Origin: Candidatus Omnitrophota bacterium
GTDB taxonomy: Bacteria > Omnitrophota > Gorgyraeia > Zapsychrales > Zapsychraceae
Length of the DNA: 64,000 nucleotides
Assembly (NCBI GenBank): GCA_015233115.1
Contig: JADFYJ010000014.1
Span: forward strand, 11,028 to 75,027
Direction of reading: 5' to 3'
Part shown: piece by piece, positions 27,773-37,480 of the stretch
How positions within the stretch are numbered: position 1 is the first letter of the stretch
How the letters are laid out: every line of letters begins with the position of its first letter
Notes under the pieces: model-generated
What the model was told of the DNA's origin: nothing
Seen by the model: only the letters and a program-made list of their open reading frames with translations
Databases searched by the model: none
Made by a program: the position numbers and the translations under genes

Positions 27773-29218
27773 TTACGGCAATATATCAATCACGTTAAGT
27801 TGTTGGTTTTTGTCATCTAAATAAAATAATTTTTGGGCTCGGTCTGAATAAACAATCGGGCTTTCAGTCGTGGTAATTAAAGAGATATCCCGATTATACA
27901 TGAGTTCAGTATCTGTTAAATTGACTTTTGAGCCGTCTTTAAAAAGTATTTGGGATCCCCGATTCACGAGAAAGGCTTGCGTGATATCACTGCCATTTTC
28001 AATAATCCATTTTACCGACGGACCAGTTTCAAATATGCCTTCTTTGCGGTTCTCAGTAAAATCAATGATTCCGATTTTATTTTGTGTCCATACCATGATT
28101 TGCCGTCCCTGATGGACTGGAAGGTAGCCTCGGCACCCTTGTTCGATCAGCATATACGGAAGATTGTTCCAAAGCAGTTGACCGTTTAGCCCAAGGAAAA
28201 CGACCATATTATCGTTTAAAATATCAATGTTATAATTTTGTTCATCTTGAAATTCTTTAGGTAATTGGTCCAGGTCGCCGGTCAGGGTTTCTGGTTTGAG
28301 CTGACGGTAATCAAATTTGTTAAAATGATTGCTTTGGTCAATGACAAAGATTTGGCGGCCGCGCAAGCCTGCCCCTTTAATGTTTTTGATAATTTGTGGG
28401 TATAAATTTTGATTTTTGATGTCTAACCGGGAGACAGTGTTATTATTTAAAGTGAAGATGTTGTCTTCATCATCATTCGACCAGAAAATTTTATCTGGAG
28501 GATTGGTAAATAAAGCGGAAATATCCGTAGAGGAGGTAAAGGACGCGGGCGTTGAGAGCGGGTCGACCCACGTATAAATTATTTTTTCAGGGTCAGTCGT
28601 ATTTCTAAGTTTTAGCAGAAAATGGGTACTTTCCGGCATGGTGAAGATATCTTCAAGTTCATTGGGAAATGGAGAAACTGGTGCATTAAATAAAGGATAG
28701 ATCTTTTCATTGCTCGCTGGGTTATCATTTTTGAGGTTAATGGAAAGAGCAGGGTTAGACCAACGATAAACAAATATTCCTTGAACAGTATTGTCTCCAG
28801 GTAAAAGGAGAAGGGCTTTTTCATCTACCGGAATAATTTTTTTAAACACGCGGGTGGTCACTATGCGTTTAGGCCAGACTTTGGGGATAAGCAGAATGTC
28901 TTCCAAAACAGAGGCTTGTCCTTCCATGACTGGAACTGTTTTTTTCCAAGGCATGAATTTATCAGCGGTGAGGGTAATTTCATATTCTCCTGTTTTGAGA
29001 TCCCGGAGAATGGTCGGGGTATGGGATGCATATAATTTTCCGTTTATATAAATTTTCGCGCCTGAAGGCAGGGATGAAAGACTAATAATTCCGGTTTTTT
29101 CAATTGGTTTCTGTGGGTGCACGACAATCCCCAAAGCATGGAAAATTATGATAGGACAAAGGATAAGATAAATGAGTGTAAAAAAATAAAATAAAATTTT
29201 ACGGAATTTAGATAACAT
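27773..29218 (-). CDS. PEGA-domain membrane protein (hypothetical)
   Basis: N-terminal TM; SLPSGAKIYINGKLYASHTPTIL...GEYEITL matches the PEGA motif. Confidence 0.45.
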   Translation of the reverse strand: MLSKFRKILFYFFTLIYLILCPIIIFHALGIVVHPQKPIEKTGIISLSSLPSGAKIYINGKLYASHTPTILRDLKTGEYEITLTADKFMPWKKTVPVMEGQASVLEDILLIPKVWPKRIVTTRVFKKIIPVDEKALLLLPGDNTVQGIFVYRWSNPALSINLKNDNPASNEKIYPLFNAPVSPFPNELEDIFTMPESTHFLLKLRNTTDPEKIIYTWVDPLSTPASFTSSTDISALFTNPPDKIFWSNDDEDNIFTLNNNTVSRLDIKNQNLYPQIIKNIKGAGLRGRQIFVIDQSNHFNKFDYRQLKPETLTGDLDQLPKEFQDEQNYNIDILNDNMVVFLGLNGQLLWNNLPYMLIEQGCRGYLPVHQGRQIMVWTQNKIGIIDFTENRKEGIFETGPSVKWIIENGSDITQAFLVNRGSQILFKDGSKVNLTDTELMYNRDISLITTTESPIVYSDRAQKLFYLDDKNQQLNVIDILP

Positions 29219-29240
29219 GAAATAATAAAATTGTCAGTTT

Positions 29241-29290
29241 TTGGTTGATGGTTTTTGGTTGTCATCCCCGAGTGCTTAAATAGGGGATCC
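29241..29290 (-). promoter_or_regulatory. Second copy of the hairpin + CA-rich leader element upstream of the PEGA-protein gene
   Basis: ttggttgatggtttttggttgtcatccccgagtgcttaaataggggatcc on plus strand; no SD-like sequence before either ATG. Confidence 0.6.
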
Positions 29291-29430
29291 CAAAATAACA
29301 TAGTTAATTTATCTATCCTTACCTTTTTATTATAAATGAAATCTGAGGCTTGCGCAACTTTAGTATATATTTCTTAATGTTCTGTAGGACCCCGGCATAG
29401 CCTCGGCCGATTTTTGCGTCTAAAAATCGT

Positions 29431-29459
29431 TTGACAGTAATTTTCTTTTAATATATTAT
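29431..29459 (+). promoter_or_regulatory. Candidate sigma70-type promoter for the mreB operon
   Basis: TTGACA (29431-36), 17-nt spacer, TATTAT (29454-59), about 60 nt upstream of mreB ATG. Confidence 0.4.
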
Positions 29460-29520
29460 GGTAGCCACAATTTAAGTATTTAAATTCGTTTTAATGGTTC
29501 TCAAGTCAAAGGAAATACTG

Positions 29521-30594
29521 ATGTTACATAAATTATCCAAACTCTTAAAACGTTTATCCAATTGGGTGCTGGGCTTGTTCTCTAATGATATGGGTATTGA
29601 TTTGGGAACAGCTACGACCTTGGTTTATGTAAAAGGCGAAGGCGTAGTTTTGCGTGAGCCGTCAGTTGTTGCTATTGAAAAAGATACGAATCGGGTTATT
29701 GCGGTTGGAGAAGAAGCCAAAAAAATGTTGGGAAAAACTCCTGGTAATATCGTGGCAATCCGGCCGATGAAAGACGGCGTCATCTCGGATTTTGAGATTA
29801 CTGAAGCCATGTTACGTTATTTTATTAAGAAAGTTCATCCTCGCAGACATTTGGTTCGTCCGGCTATGGTTATCGCGATCCCCTCGGGTATTACAGAAGT
29901 AGAAAAACGGGCTGTCCGTGATTCAGCAGAGAGAGCCGGGGCTCGTTCTGTGGAATTGATTGAAGAACCTAAAGCTGCTGCCGCCGGAGTTGGTCTTCCA
30001 ATTGAAGAACCTGAAGGCAATATGATCATTGACATCGGTGGTGGTACCACAGAGTTTGCCGTAATTTCTTTAGGGGGTTTAGTGCATTCTAAATCGATCC
30101 GTATCGCTGGCGACGAATTAGACGGGGCAGTGATTGAATATTTGCGTAAAACATATAATTTAATGATTGGTGAACGTACCGCGGAAGAAATTAAAATTCG
30201 GATTGGATCAGCCTTTCCGCTGGAAGAAGAATTGACCATGGACGTTCGCGGCCGTGATTTAATATCCGGACTTCCTAAAACTATTTCTGTGACTTCGGTT
30301 GAAATTCGGGAAGCTTTGCATGATCCTGTTCAAGCTATTGTGGATGCCGCTAAATCGACTTTGGAACAAACGCCTCCAGAGTTAGCCGCGGATTTAATTG
30401 ACCGGGGTATTGTGTTAGCGGGCGGAGGGGCTTTATTGCGGGGTATTGATAAACGTATAGCTGAAGAAACAGGTTTGCCAGTTCACATTGCGGATGATCC
30501 ATTGATTGCCGTAGTTATGGGGACAGGCTACGTTTTAAACATGCCGGCACGTTTACGTCGCCGTATGGTTGTTCAGACGAAACTTGATTTTTAA
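29521..30594 (+). CDS. mreB: Rod shape-determining actin homolog MreB
   Basis: [23 protein letters not shown]-terminus; start set at ATG 29521 by analogy to E. coli MLKKFRGMFSNDLSIDLG. Confidence 0.9.
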   Translation: MLHKLSKLLKRLSNWVLGLFSNDMGIDLGTATTLVYVKGEGVVLREPSVVAIEKDTNRVIAVGEEAKKMLGKTPGNIVAIRPMKDGVISDFEITEAMLRYFIKKVHPRRHLVRPAMVIAIPSGITEVEKRAVRDSAERAGARSVELIEEPKAAAAGVGLPIEEPEGNMIIDIGGGTTEFAVISLGGLVHSKSIRIAGDELDGAVIEYLRKTYNLMIGERTAEEIKIRIGSAFPLEEELTMDVRGRDLISGLPKTISVTSVEIREALHDPVQAIVDAAKSTLEQTPPELAADLIDRGIVLAGGGALLRGIDKRIAEETGLPVHIADDPLIAVVMGTGYVLNMPARLRRRMVVQTKLDF

Positions 30595-30634
30595 TTACCT
30601 GTCACTAATTATTTAAGAAATAGGTTGTGTTGAT

Positions 30635-31417
30635 GTGTTTGGAAATAGACGAAACAACTCTACACTGATCATCATTGCTTGCCTTACTATTCTTTTCTTT
30701 TTATTTCGAAGTAATTTTTTTGATGCGTTAAAATTTAGTACGATCGACGGCATTAAGGGTCCGATCCGGGTTTTGGCTTGGCCGGTTTTGGAAGTCAGAA
30801 AGCTTATCTTATTTCATCAAAGTTACTCGGAAAATGGTCGTTTACGCAAGGCGAACGAAATATTGAAAGCTCAACTGGCCGGCATTGATGACGTGGTCGC
30901 TGAAAATCAGCGGTTAAGTCAAATGTTAGCGTTGAAACGGAAAAATGTTTTTTCATCTGTAGCCGCTTCTGTGATCGGCCGCGATCCCTCCTATTGGAAT
31001 TCCATTTTGGTCATTGATAAAGGAAGCGCTGATGGCGTGAAAATGGGACAAGCTGTGATCAGTCCTGCCGGGGTAGTTGGCAAAGTGACAGAAGTCGGAC
31101 GTAATTCTAGTAAAGTGGTTTTGATCACAGACCCGGATTTTAGCGTGGCGGCGGTCATTGAAGATTCTCGGGAAAGCGGATTAGTTTCCGGAACGCTGCA
31201 AGGGTTGTCCCGTATGAAATATTTACGGAAGGACGCTGTCATCTCTGTCGGCAGCCGGGTAGTTACGTCGAAGATTAGCTCATCGTTTCCGGAAAATTTA
31301 TTAATTGGAGAAGTGATTCAAGTGCTTCCTACGGCTGATGGGGATTCAATGGAGTGTACTGTAAAGCCGCAGATTGATTTGTCGCGGCTGGAAGAAGTGC
31401 TTGTCGTAGGAGAATAA
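30635..31417 (+). CDS. mreC: Rod shape-determining protein MreC
   Basis: N-terminal TM, coiled-coil, C-terminal beta-domain VVTSKISSSFPENLLIGEVIQV; position after mreB. Confidence 0.75.
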   Translation: MFGNRRNNSTLIIIACLTILFFLFRSNFFDALKFSTIDGIKGPIRVLAWPVLEVRKLILFHQSYSENGRLRKANEILKAQLAGIDDVVAENQRLSQMLALKRKNVFSSVAASVIGRDPSYWNSILVIDKGSADGVKMGQAVISPAGVVGKVTEVGRNSSKVVLITDPDFSVAAVIEDSRESGLVSGTLQGLSRMKYLRKDAVISVGSRVVTSKISSSFPENLLIGEVIQVLPTADGDSMECTVKPQIDLSRLEEVLVVGE

Positions 31418-31506
31418 CCAAGTGATAAAGGTGATAAAGGAAAAAGCGATGGGTGAAAAACGATAGGTTTGAAAAATTAAAAATTAAAAATTTTGGGATT
31501 TGTTAA

Positions 31507-31989
31507 GTGCGAAAAATATTATTTTTAATTCTGGCTTGTATGGTTTGCTTTATTTTTGAATTTCTTATATTCAATTATATCGGGCCATGGGTTAGGCCGA
31601 GTTTGGTGGTGATCCTTTTGGTATTCGCGACCGTATTTTGGAATGTGGAGAGCGGTATTCTGGTCGCTGTTCTTGGAGGAATACTGGAGGACAGTTTTGG
31701 AGCATCATTTGGGTTTAATATGGTGGCGTATGGATTTTGCGTGCTGGCGACTTCATTTTTTAATGATTATATTTATCAAAAAGGATCAAGAATTTCGCTC
31801 GTGATCCTTTTATTTTTTGTTCTTGTCGCTAATATTTTTGCCCGTTTCGTATTAATGACGATGGCAGATCAAGCGATTTCATTCAGTATGGTCTACAGGG
31901 GAATTTTTTCAGATATTGCCGTTACGATTTTGATCGCCAACTTGATGTTTAATGGTCTTATTCGATGCGCCTTAAAATTATCCGTATAA
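31507..31989 (+). CDS. mreD: Rod shape-determining protein MreD
   Basis: 160-aa polytopic membrane protein between mreC and PBP2; GTG start. Confidence 0.6.
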   Translation: MRKILFLILACMVCFIFEFLIFNYIGPWVRPSLVVILLVFATVFWNVESGILVAVLGGILEDSFGASFGFNMVAYGFCVLATSFFNDYIYQKGSRISLVILLFFVLVANIFARFVLMTMADQAISFSMVYRGIFSDIAVTILIANLMFNGLIRCALKLSV

Positions 31990-33677
31990 TTATTACTGTT
32001 TTATTTATCGGGGTGATCTTGCACCTTTTTAACGCGCAGGTAATCCGCGGAAAATATTATCACCAGTTAAGCACCCAGAATCGGATACGGGTGGTGCCGC
32101 TTGATGGATGGCGGGGCGCGATCCGTGACCGCAATGGCGTGGTTTTGGCTGATAATAAATTGGCATATAATCTGGCCGTCACGCCGCAGGATATTACGGA
32201 TGTTGAACCGCTATTTGAATTTTTGGAGCAGGTGTTGGATATTCCCAGCCGTGAATTGATGCGGCGGTATCAGCAAAATCGTGAGGCCCCTTTTGCGCCT
32301 GTGGTTTTGGCGGAAGATATTACCCGAGAAAAAGCAATTGTCATTGAGGAAAATGAGTACCGGTTCCCATCCATATGGGTGCAAAAAACTTTCCGGCGTT
32401 TTTATCCTTTAAAAAATAATTCTGCGCATGTACTGGGCTATGTTGACAAAGTTAATGAAGATAAATTTGAAAATCTTCAAGAATACGGCTATTCTCCGCA
32501 GAGTTTGGTTGGGTATTTGGGTGTGGAAGAGTATTATGACCGGTATTTACGCGGAGAGGAAGGCGGCTTGCAGGTTGAAGTTAACAATCGGGGCAAGCAG
32601 GTTCGGTTATTGAGTATTAAAGATGCCAAGCAAGGGCAGGATATTGAGTTAACCATAGATTCGAGTATACAAGGGATGGGAGCGGAATTATTGCAAGGCC
32701 GGGTTGGGTCGGTCGTGATGATGGATATGGAAAGCGGCGAGATATTAGCCATGGTGAGTTCTCCTGATTATGACCCCAATGTGTTCGTGAACCCGGCATT
32801 CAACAAAATCAAAGTGGATATTTTGACGGATACGCGCGGCCCTTTGATTAACCGTGTGGTCCGGGGCACGTATCCGCCGGGATCAGTTTTTAAAATTCCT
32901 ATGGCGTTTGCCTCTTTGGATTCTAAAAAAGTTTCTTTATTGACGAGGTTTAACTGCCCGGGGTATTTAGAGGTGGGGGGCAGAAAATTCGGATGCACGC
33001 ACGTGCATGGTGAACAGGATTTAATGGAAGCGATCGCTCATTCGTGCGATGTGTATTTTTATCATGTGGGTCAATTGTTGGGCGCGGATATGATCGCTTA
33101 TTATGGAAAAATGTTTGGGTTAGGACGTCTCACCGGAATTGATCTGCCTTATGAAAAACCCGGGTTTATCCCGGAACGGAAAATGTATCGTCTCTCTGGA
33201 AAAGAGTGGTATTTAGGAAATACTCTTAATTTTTCGATTGGACAAGGAGATACGCTGGCCACTTCGCTGCAGTTAGCGCGGATGTTGTCGACTGTGGCTC
33301 TCAATGGCGCGGAAGTGCAACCGCATGTGATCCGTTCTATTAATGGGTCGCCCGTGAGCAAATTTAATTTTACGAGAAAGATTAAACTCAATCCGGAGTT
33401 GTTTACTGAAATTAAAAAAGGACTGCGCGCGACTGTTGCTGATCCGACTGGGACAGCCTATGATTTAAATATGCCGGATCTTTATATCGCGGGAAAGACC
33501 GGTACCGCCCAGACTATGCGAGGACGTGAATCGCACGCGTGGTTCGCGGGTTACGCGTTAGGTAAATCACGGCATGTGTCGTTCTGCGTTTTTTTAGAAT
33601 ACGGCGGTTCGAGCCAAAACGCTTGTATTTTAGGGAGGCAGTTGTTTGAGAGAATGAGAGAAAAGGGACTTATTTAA
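31965..33677 (+). CDS. mrdA: Penicillin-binding protein 2 (elongasome transpeptidase)
   Basis: SxxK (GSVFKIP) and KTGTAQ motifs; N-terminal TM. Confidence 0.85.
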   Translation: MRLKIIRIIITVLFIGVILHLFNAQVIRGKYYHQLSTQNRIRVVPLDGWRGAIRDRNGVVLADNKLAYNLAVTPQDITDVEPLFEFLEQVLDIPSRELMRRYQQNREAPFAPVVLAEDITREKAIVIEENEYRFPSIWVQKTFRRFYPLKNNSAHVLGYVDKVNEDKFENLQEYGYSPQSLVGYLGVEEYYDRYLRGEEGGLQVEVNNRGKQVRLLSIKDAKQGQDIELTIDSSIQGMGAELLQGRVGSVVMMDMESGEILAMVSSPDYDPNVFVNPAFNKIKVDILTDTRGPLINRVVRGTYPPGSVFKIPMAFASLDSKKVSLLTRFNCPGYLEVGGRKFGCTHVHGEQDLMEAIAHSCDVYFYHVGQLLGADMIAYYGKMFGLGRLTGIDLPYEKPGFIPERKMYRLSGKEWYLGNTLNFSIGQGDTLATSLQLARMLSTVALNGAEVQPHVIRSINGSPVSKFNFTRKIKLNPELFTEIKKGLRATVADPTGTAYDLNMPDLYIAGKTGTAQTMRGRESHAWFAGYALGKSRHVSFCVFLEYGGSSQNACILGRQLFERMREKGLI

Positions 33678-33679
33678 AA

Positions 33680-33838
33680 GCGGTATGTCGTATGTGGTAT
33701 GTAGTATGGGGCGAAGAATTTAAAATAATAAAAAAATTGAAAAATGATTTTAAAAACATAATGGGCAAAAGCAAAAAATGTAACAGAAACGCGAAGCGTT
33801 CCAACAATGACATACGACATACTACGCACTACATACTC
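33680..33838. repeat. Intergenic island of same family between mrdA and rodA
   Basis: Left gcggtatgtcgtatgtggtatgtagtatgg 33680-33709; right gacatacgacatactacgcactacatactc 33809-33838. Confidence 0.8.
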
Positions 33839-33852
33839 AACAGGCATAATTT

Positions 33853-34962
33853 ATGAACAGAAGCTTAGTTTTTAAAATTTGGTTGTTTTCAATTTTGATC
33901 ATGATATTTGGGTTGATCGGACTTTATAGCGCGACTTTTAATAATGTCCGGGTGCCGCAGAAAATTTTTTATGATCAAATGATATTTTCATTAATCGCGA
34001 TCCTCATCATGTGGGGCTTGAGCAATACGGATTATCGTAAATTTTATGATTTTGCTTACATTGTTTACGGCGGCAATGTTTTGTTTTTAGTTTTGGTTTT
34101 ACTTTCCGGCCGCAATGCGTTAGGCGCGACCCGTTGGTTTGAAGTCGCGGGCTTTAGTTTTCAGCCGTCGGAATTTATGAAATTGAGTTTGATTTTGGCG
34201 TTAGGACGATATTATTCCAGCCGGTCTTCGAATTATATGTTTGGTTTTTATGGACGGATCATGTACGTGGTTCAGTTTATTATTGTGCCGTTTTTGTTAA
34301 CCGCTGTGCCCATGTATTTAATTTTTAAACAGCCGGATTTGGGGACCGCTATATTATTGTTTGGTATTTTTTTCGCTATGCTTTTTATTAACGGGATATC
34401 ATACCGTTTTATTTTTGGATTTATGGGTTTGTGTGTTTTGGTTACTCCGGTTTTATGGATGATGATGAAAGATTACCAGAAAGCCAGGTTGTTAGTTTTT
34501 CTTAATCCGAACATTGATCCTTTGGGATCAGGATATACGATTATTCAATCAAAGATTGCCGTGGGTTCTGGACAGATATTTGGAAAAGGCTGGTTTGCCG
34601 GGACACAAAACCAATTGAATTTTCTTCCAGAGAGGCATACGGATTTTATTTTTTCGGTGATTGGTGAAGAATGGGGATTCATAGGCTGTGTATTTATGAT
34701 TGGGTGTTTTTATATGTTAGTGCGTGCGGGTTTAAGCATCGCGGAAAAAGTGACAGACAAATTTGGGGTGAATGTAACAGTCGGGATTGCTTCGATTTTA
34801 GCGTTGCAAGTGGTGATCAATGTGGGCATGGTTATGGGTATGTTTCCTATAGTAGGCATTACTTTGCCTTTAGTCAGTTATGGACGCACGTCATTTTTAA
34901 CCACAGCTATCATGCTGGGATTTTTATTGAATTTAAGCCGTAAACGAACATTTGCTGGATGA
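33853..34962 (+). CDS. rodA: SEDS-family peptidoglycan polymerase RodA
   Basis: FtsW/RodA/SpoVE-like polytopic protein downstream of mrdA. Confidence 0.85.
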   Translation: MNRSLVFKIWLFSILIMIFGLIGLYSATFNNVRVPQKIFYDQMIFSLIAILIMWGLSNTDYRKFYDFAYIVYGGNVLFLVLVLLSGRNALGATRWFEVAGFSFQPSEFMKLSLILALGRYYSSRSSNYMFGFYGRIMYVVQFIIVPFLLTAVPMYLIFKQPDLGTAILLFGIFFAMLFINGISYRFIFGFMGLCVLVTPVLWMMMKDYQKARLLVFLNPNIDPLGSGYTIIQSKIAVGSGQIFGKGWFAGTQNQLNFLPERHTDFIFSVIGEEWGFIGCVFMIGCFYMLVRAGLSIAEKVTDKFGVNVTVGIASILALQVVINVGMVMGMFPIVGITLPLVSYGRTSFLTTAIMLGFLLNLSRKRTFAG

Positions 34963-36829
34963 TATCTCTTTGACCAACCAAGAACTGTCTTTTAAAAATA
35001 TCCTCCAACACGGAGGACTCCTGCTGGCATTGCTCGTCGCGGTAATTTTGCGGATTGCTTATGCCATCGACTTTTGGCACAGCCCATTCTTTCCTTTAAT
35101 GCCATACACGGACGGGTATTACTATTACACTTGGGCCAATGACATCGCGAGCGGCGAATTTATTAAAACTACTGCTTTCATGAAATGGCCGCTTTACGCT
35201 TATTTCTTTAGTTTGTTGATCAGGTTTTGTTCTGACCCTCTGACGTCTCTTTACATTTTTCAGTTCGCCGCTGGGGTCTTAACCTGCGGCCTTATTTATT
35301 TTATTTCCCTTAAAATTTTTAATAGGCCTACTGCGGTCATCGCAGGGCTACTTTGCGCTGTTTACACGCCTTTTATTTTTTATGAAGGACTGGCGACCTA
35401 TACCAGCTTATCTATTTTACTGGAAGCGGTTTTCTTACTTTTTGTTCTTAACTCGAGAGGTTCTGTTGCGCCAAACCGATTTTTTTCTCTAGGCCTGATA
35501 GCAGGGATTTGTTTCATTTTGCAGGGGAATATCATTATTTTCAGCTTGGCGGCTTTGGTCTGGCTGTTGAGCACAAATGCTAGCGCGCGGCCTAAATTTT
35601 TAAGCCTGGCGGTTTGTTTTTTTCTGGGTTTAGGTGCTGTGGTCAGTATAACGGCTATGATGAATTTTTGCGCGGAGAAAGATGCAGTCGCCGTCACTGG
35701 GAATTTCGGATTTAATTTTTATTCCGGTAACAATTCTCAGGCCAGGGGAATGGCTACCTATGATAATGATATCAGCCGGAATCAGGAAGATATGCTGCGC
35801 GATGCGCGTATTGTAGCGCAATCTTCTTTGCATAAAAAACTTAAGACTTCTGAAGTATCACATTTTTGGTTTAAAAAGAGCACGGCGTTTATTAAAGAAC
35901 ATCCGGGGCAATACTTGCACTTATTATTTCAGAAAGCTTTGTTAATATTTTGTCCTGAGAATACACAGCCTGAAAAAGAATATTCCGCCGCGTTTAAAAA
36001 TATCCGTCTTTTACCATTGTTTCAACCTGCGGCAGTTATTATTTTTCCTCTGGCTCTGTTCGGATTCATTTTTAGTCTGAAACATCGACGGAATGCCGCG
36101 CTTCTTTATTGCGCAATCCTTTCATGCGTGCAGGGTATGCTATTATTTTTTGTCATTGATAAACTTCGCATCCATATGATGCCATTTTTAATCATTCTTG
36201 CCGCTTATGGCATTTATTCTCTGTTTGATATCATTCGTAACAAAGAGTACTTAAAAATGGGGGGAATGGTGATTCTTCTCATTTTTTGTTTTATTCTGAT
36301 TAACCAGCGGTCAATCTTACCCGCGCAAAATAATTCTCGCCTCTTGGACCGCCAGAATCTTTACGATCAATATTTGGATCAGGCAGACAGCTTTGAGAGC
36401 GGTGGGGAAATTCTTAAAGCCATTCAGGCTTTAAAGACGGCATCTGTTATAGGCCCGGACAATCGCAGGGCTCCGTTTAGAATGGGGATCATTTTGGTTT
36501 CTTTAGGTGACTTGAAGGGGGCTGAAGAAAATTTTAAGCGTGCGATCACTTTAAGTCCCACTTGTGTTGATGCTTTGTATAATTTAGGTTTTATTTATAA
36601 TAAGCAGCAAAAATATTTGCAAGCTTTGGAGTCGTTGATCAGAGCTGCGGATCTCAATCCTGATGATGCACGGGTACATTTTGAATTGGGTATCGCATAC
36701 AAAGAAAGCCATGACTTAAAGAATGCTGCAACTGAACAGGAATTAGCCTTGAAAAAAATGGCGCGGTGGCGAGTTAGGGAACGTTCGTTGATTATCAGGG
36801 AACTTGGCGTCATCAAACAAATCCGTTAA
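34952..36829 (+). CDS. Polytopic membrane protein (GT-C/ArnT-PMT-like) with C-terminal TPR repeats
   Basis: More than 10 predicted TM segments then TPR-like repeats (NLGFIYNKQQKYLQALESLIRAADLNPDDARVHFELGIAY). Confidence 0.4.
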   Translation: MLDDISLTNQELSFKNILQHGGLLLALLVAVILRIAYAIDFWHSPFFPLMPYTDGYYYYTWANDIASGEFIKTTAFMKWPLYAYFFSLLIRFCSDPLTSLYIFQFAAGVLTCGLIYFISLKIFNRPTAVIAGLLCAVYTPFIFYEGLATYTSLSILLEAVFLLFVLNSRGSVAPNRFFSLGLIAGICFILQGNIIIFSLAALVWLLSTNASARPKFLSLAVCFFLGLGAVVSITAMMNFCAEKDAVAVTGNFGFNFYSGNNSQARGMATYDNDISRNQEDMLRDARIVAQSSLHKKLKTSEVSHFWFKKSTAFIKEHPGQYLHLLFQKALLIFCPENTQPEKEYSAAFKNIRLLPLFQPAAVIIFPLALFGFIFSLKHRRNAALLYCAILSCVQGMLLFFVIDKLRIHMMPFLIILAAYGIYSLFDIIRNKEYLKMGGMVILLIFCFILINQRSILPAQNNSRLLDRQNLYDQYLDQADSFESGGEILKAIQALKTASVIGPDNRRAPFRMGIILVSLGDLKGAEENFKRAITLSPTCVDALYNLGFIYNKQQKYLQALESLIRAADLNPDDARVHFELGIAYKESHDLKNAATEQELALKKMARWRVRERSLIIRELGVIKQIR

Positions 36830-37032
36830 TAATGATAATATTCTTTTAATGATTGTCATTTAATATGGTCTATAGTAAAATCACTTCAAGTTTATTTGTA
36901 AGTTGTTAATACAAAAATACTTGTGCTATGGATCATTGGGGATACTTTACAGGGAAATTCGTGCTGTCTTCCGGCAGGCAGGAATAGCCCCTACGTTTTT
37001 TACTAATCGCTTTCTTTGTTCCGTGATTAAAT

Positions 37033-37479
37033 ATGAAAGAACTTAAAAGAACTAATACAAAAAAATTGGGTGAGGTACTCGTCGAGAGGGGAGTCATTAA
37101 TCACCAACAGCTTAACAAGGCACTGGAAATTTGGGAGACTAAAGGCGGTCTCATGGGTGAAACGTTAGTTGATCTGAAATTTGCCACTGAAGAAGATATC
37201 GCGCAAGCCTTAACCTGCCAATATGGGTTTCCTTTCTTGCCTTTGACGAATTATGAAGTTGATCCTGCTGTTATTCATTCCGTACCTAAAAAAATATGCC
37301 AGGAATATGTTTTGGCTCCGATTGATAAAATTGGTAAAAGTATAACCTTAGCCATGGCCAATCCTTTAAATACGTTCGCGATCGAAGAGATTGAAAAAGT
37401 AACAGAATGTTCAATCCAGGTTTTTGTCAGTACCGGGACAGAAATTAAGAAGTTTTTAGAAAAAAACTACGTGGAGTGA
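37033..37479 (+). CDS. Stand-alone MshEN/GspE-N-like domain protein (putative c-di-GMP receptor)
   Basis: Two tandem 24-residue motifs KLGEVLVERGVINHQQLNKALEIW and LMGETLVDLKFATEEDIAQALTCQ fit the MshEN consensus RLGxxLVxxGxIxxxQLxxALxxQ. Confidence 0.6.
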   Translation: MKELKRTNTKKLGEVLVERGVINHQQLNKALEIWETKGGLMGETLVDLKFATEEDIAQALTCQYGFPFLPLTNYEVDPAVIHSVPKKICQEYVLAPIDKIGKSITLAMANPLNTFAIEEIEKVTECSIQVFVSTGTEIKKFLEKNYVE

Positions 37480-37480
37480 T

